Position numbers and translations under genes: made by a program. 64,000 bases of DNA, from the NCBI GenBank assembly GCA_903813345.2, contig CAIIXF020000001.1, forward strand, positions 4,898,001-4,962,000. Reading direction: 5' to 3'. Positions 61,110-64,000 of the stretch are shown here, piece by piece. Source of the DNA: Owenia fusiformis. Lineage: Eukaryota. The first letter of the stretch is position 1, and every line of letters starts with the position of its first letter. Below the pieces are notes generated by a model that ran no database searches, was not told the origin of the DNA, and was given only the letters and a program-made list of their open reading frames with translations.

Positions 61110-62419
61110 CCCCCCTGTATTCGGGCCTGCATGTGCTATCTACATATTTGACAATTTGATTGACACGGTTCAAAGTGGACTTTGTTAATTATTCAAACTG
61201 TTTTAATATCTAGGAATATGCGTCCAAGTTAAAATCACTCGAAATCAGGGTAGATAAACCTAAGAAAAACACATTTCTTGTTTTCATTTGATCTTTAACA
61301 TGATCCTGTAAAAATGTCAGATTTAGCAAAATACATAGGCGATCTCCATCTGCACACATCTACTCATTTCGACTAAGCTATTGCCTATACTTACACGCAC
61401 ACGCATACTTTTAAATTAATTTTATTTTGATAATGATTGAAAAAACACAAATTATTATTAACACGAAATTAAAATGATTGTTATATTCCAATCCTAGTAA
61501 AGTATAATTAAGCGCGACTATAGGGCATAACAACATGTGGCCGGTCTAATTATACTGTTTGTTTTGATAAGGCTGTGCAAAGAGATATCAAAACTCTTGA
61601 CACGCTCTTTACACGCGAGGTCTTTGCACCTCTTGACACGTCTTGGAATCTCTAGATACGCGGAGTTCCTAGACTATCTTTGCACGTCTAGAAATTGCTT
61701 GGAATTTCACATTTGACGCAGTGTATTTAGAAGAGCACATTTGGATTACTTGTGAAATATAGGTAACCCATGTTAGTACCTAAATTGCATTCTAGGATTA
61801 TTATATGATCTGATTCAAAAAGATTTTTAAATTCATAAACATTTTAGACAGAAGTGTGAATAAGATTTAACATACATTGTATTCATGTTCTACATACCCT
61901 TATAATAATGTTGACCAAATTTCATGGTAGTATACGCACCATTCACGTTGTAATTCTCAATTTTATGAGAGAAATATCTCTCACATGTTTTCTTTTTCCA
62001 CCATCTTGAAATTAAATTTAGGGTTTTTTTATTTCTAAATCATGGGCCTAATTTACGACTAATTATCATTATAATCATCCTATATGTTAACTATCAACCA
62101 ATAATCTACTTCAGAACAAAAACGTTTTAATTTACCACTTACTATCACCCTCAAACATTTCATATCTTAATTATCAACTAAAAATCATAAATCAGCATTA
62201 TTGTAACTTAATTTACGTTGAACTTGCTACTGATAATTAGGCCATAATTATAATTGATTTAATTAACGCTTAACTTTAATTCCAATTGCCAGCAGAATTG
62301 TTGATAATTAGTTGTAAATTAGTTGGTAATAAGTTGGTAATTAGTCTTATTTTTCAATTTGGCAGGAATACGTTAAAAATGTTTAAAAAGTCCCCTAGTG
62401 TACTGTGTTGGTAATGCGT

Positions 62420-62656
62420 GATGTATTTACACTCGAAGATAGAGCCAGAAACCCCTCCTTGGAGGAGCCCTATATATGTTCTTTTGTGTGCAAACACAGA
62501 CATACAGGTACACACCACAGCCTTTTATACGAGTCGCGAACCACTCAGTCCAACACCCAGAATTACATAACGCACAAAAAAACTTGTCCGAACGGGAAAC
62601 GAACCCGAGGCCAAGCGATATTGGTAACCTTGGCTCCGTCACTGAGCCATAGCGGG
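62420..62656 (-). mobile_element. tRNA-derived SINE-like element
   Basis: Minus-strand A-box-like TGGCTCAGTGA and B-box-like GGTTCGTTTCC with tRNA-like spacing; 3' limit approximate. Confidence 0.55.
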
Positions 62657-63205
62657 TTGACTATGTTCACCAACAATAATTATATGCAATATCAAGGAAT
62701 TATATGCAGGAGAAGTATCATTTTTTGAAAATAATCGAAAAAGAATCATGCAGATAATTAAATCTTTTTTCATATCACTTCGTTAGAACTGTTTCACACT
62801 CACATATGAATGTTTCTAACATTAGACATCTAATCATGGGCATCTGAAACATCAGTAATACACCAAGTACACTAACTTTCGTTTACTATCAATTCTATCT
62901 CAGTTGTATTAAAGGACATCGAGACTGTACGTGATCATTCTAAAGCTCTGGGGCACTCAATATCGAGAGTAAGAGTAAACACTCTTTCATCTACCAACAA
63001 TGATGCCATGGTTGTACATTGATGCCACTGTGCATAGCAAATGAGCAAATATCAATATCTGCTGAGTTATATATTTTCCTTGGATTTGAAAACCAAGTGC
63101 GGACTTGCATGGCTTCATTCAAGATTCGCTAAACGACAAAATCCTGATAAATCAATGTATACACTGGAAGAAAATATCATAAGAAGTCAATGCAAATGTG
63201 ATTAT

Positions 63206-63400
63206 ACACTCCCCGCCATAAGTGTGGCAACCTTTACAGCCAAAGGTTTCCGTGTGAAAGCCCCTCTATGTCTGTATTTTTATTTTTGTAACCTACAAAG
63301 AAAAAAATGATAATGAACGCGGAGGTGTAATTTGACTTTATTTCCCATACCTCCAGTTTTTCAATTTTTTCCTCAATAACAATAGGTCGAAAATTAAAGA
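63206..63400. mobile_element. Diverged left-arm fragment of the CACTCCCC MITE family (a right-end fragment lies at ~44615-44640)
   Basis: TA|CACTCCCCGCCATAAGTGTGGCAACC...TTTTTCCTCAATAACAATAGGTCGAAAATT. Confidence 0.75.
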
Positions 63401-63540
63401 CAAAGGAATGGTATCGATATGGTGAACATTTTGGCACGCGTTTCTCTTAAACCAGTCATCAAAACATTCTGAAACTTTTACATATCGTCAATTTAATGAT
63501 CATCATTTGGATGGTAACATTAACATTTAAAATACATATA

Positions 63541-64000
63541 CAGGGTGTCCCGAAAGTATGGGGGCCCCCCTAGGCAGACATATACCAATGTCTCCATAGT
63601 ATTTGTCATATATCATTTTAAAGCTCATTTAGAGTTACATTGATTTGCCAAATATCATGGTTCAACTCACAAATGGGAAAAAGTTACAGGTATTTCAAAA
63701 TTTAGGGTTAAGCCAAAATTAAAGAAAGTTTTACAACAAAATAATAGTCGATTTGTCTCCCTAGGCCATGTTTACAGTAGCAATGCTTTCCATATATTTT
63801 TTTGACCCCCACCGAAATTTTGGTATTATTGGAAAGCCCCAATACCATACTTTAGGAATTCAAGGAAAAATAAAATGTTCACTCGGGCCGTTGCTATGGA
63901 AACGGGCGTTATAAATAACAACCATTTTTAACAAGCATTATTAAGCAAAAACATGTATTTGCATGTATCTTTTTTATTATTCATCAGATAATTTTGATAT
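63541..64000. mobile_element. Left end of a Tc1/mariner-type MITE; extent unknown
   Basis: TA|CAGGGTGTCCC terminus; no partner end found in the window. Confidence 0.45.

Larger units (their letters stand above)
55924..61723. mobile_element. Non-autonomous CACTA/EnSpm (CMC)-type element, 5800 bp
   Basis: CACTGCGTGAAATATGGGATTCCA ... TGGAATTTCACATTTGACGCAGTG; 3-bp TSD TAT confirmed by the empty site in unit 1 (53701-53720); subterminal CTCTTGACACG/CTTTACACG repeats at both ends; no transposase ORF. Confidence 0.9.
54160..62156 (+). repeat. Tandem duplication unit 2, interrupted by a half-MITE and a CACTG element
   Basis: Resumes at TTAGAAGAGCAC (61727) exactly where unit 1 continues, and matches to CCCTCAAAC at 62156. 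Confidence 0.93.
54746..62368. mobile_element. Outer TIR element with TAATTA-rich subterminal repeats (left end also duplicated at 52857)
   Basis: TA|TTCCTG(AGGCCCA)CCAAATTGAAAA ... TTTTCAATTTGGCAGGAA|TA; repeated GATAATTAGTTG / CAACTTAATT motifs at both ends. Confidence 0.55.

Overview
AT-rich, intron-rich animal genomic DNA, probably from a marine invertebrate (inference); most short ORFs in the track are noise. Splice sites read by eye (all GT-AG, reading phases consistent) give two minus-strand genes. (1) A 21-coding-exon ankyrin-repeat + 6-TM TRP cation channel, ~983 aa, 978/2795..17583, TRPV/TRPVL-like, with an unusual acidic pore filter. (2) A 6-coding-exon, ~1124-aa single-pass protein, 28316..44295, carrying several motifs I recall from vertebrate BARP/CBARP, the calcium-channel beta-subunit anchoring protein. 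The rest is dense, often nested transposon sequence. A 5'-truncated, stop-free CR1-group LINE with a 15-bp TSD is split by a 3.6-kb non-autonomous Academ-type element. There are also P-like, Transib-like, Tc1/mariner, Kolobok-like, Helentron/HINE-like and Crypton-like non-autonomous elements and two tRNA-derived SINEs. A ~1.88-kb tandem duplication has a second copy holding a half-MITE with a 61-bp flank duplication and a 5.8-kb CACTG element. TACATGTA recurs and may mark Tc1-type excision footprints. An unassigned decayed ORF lies at ~51330..52277. Family assignments come from remembered motifs and TIR/TSD rules; no searches were run.
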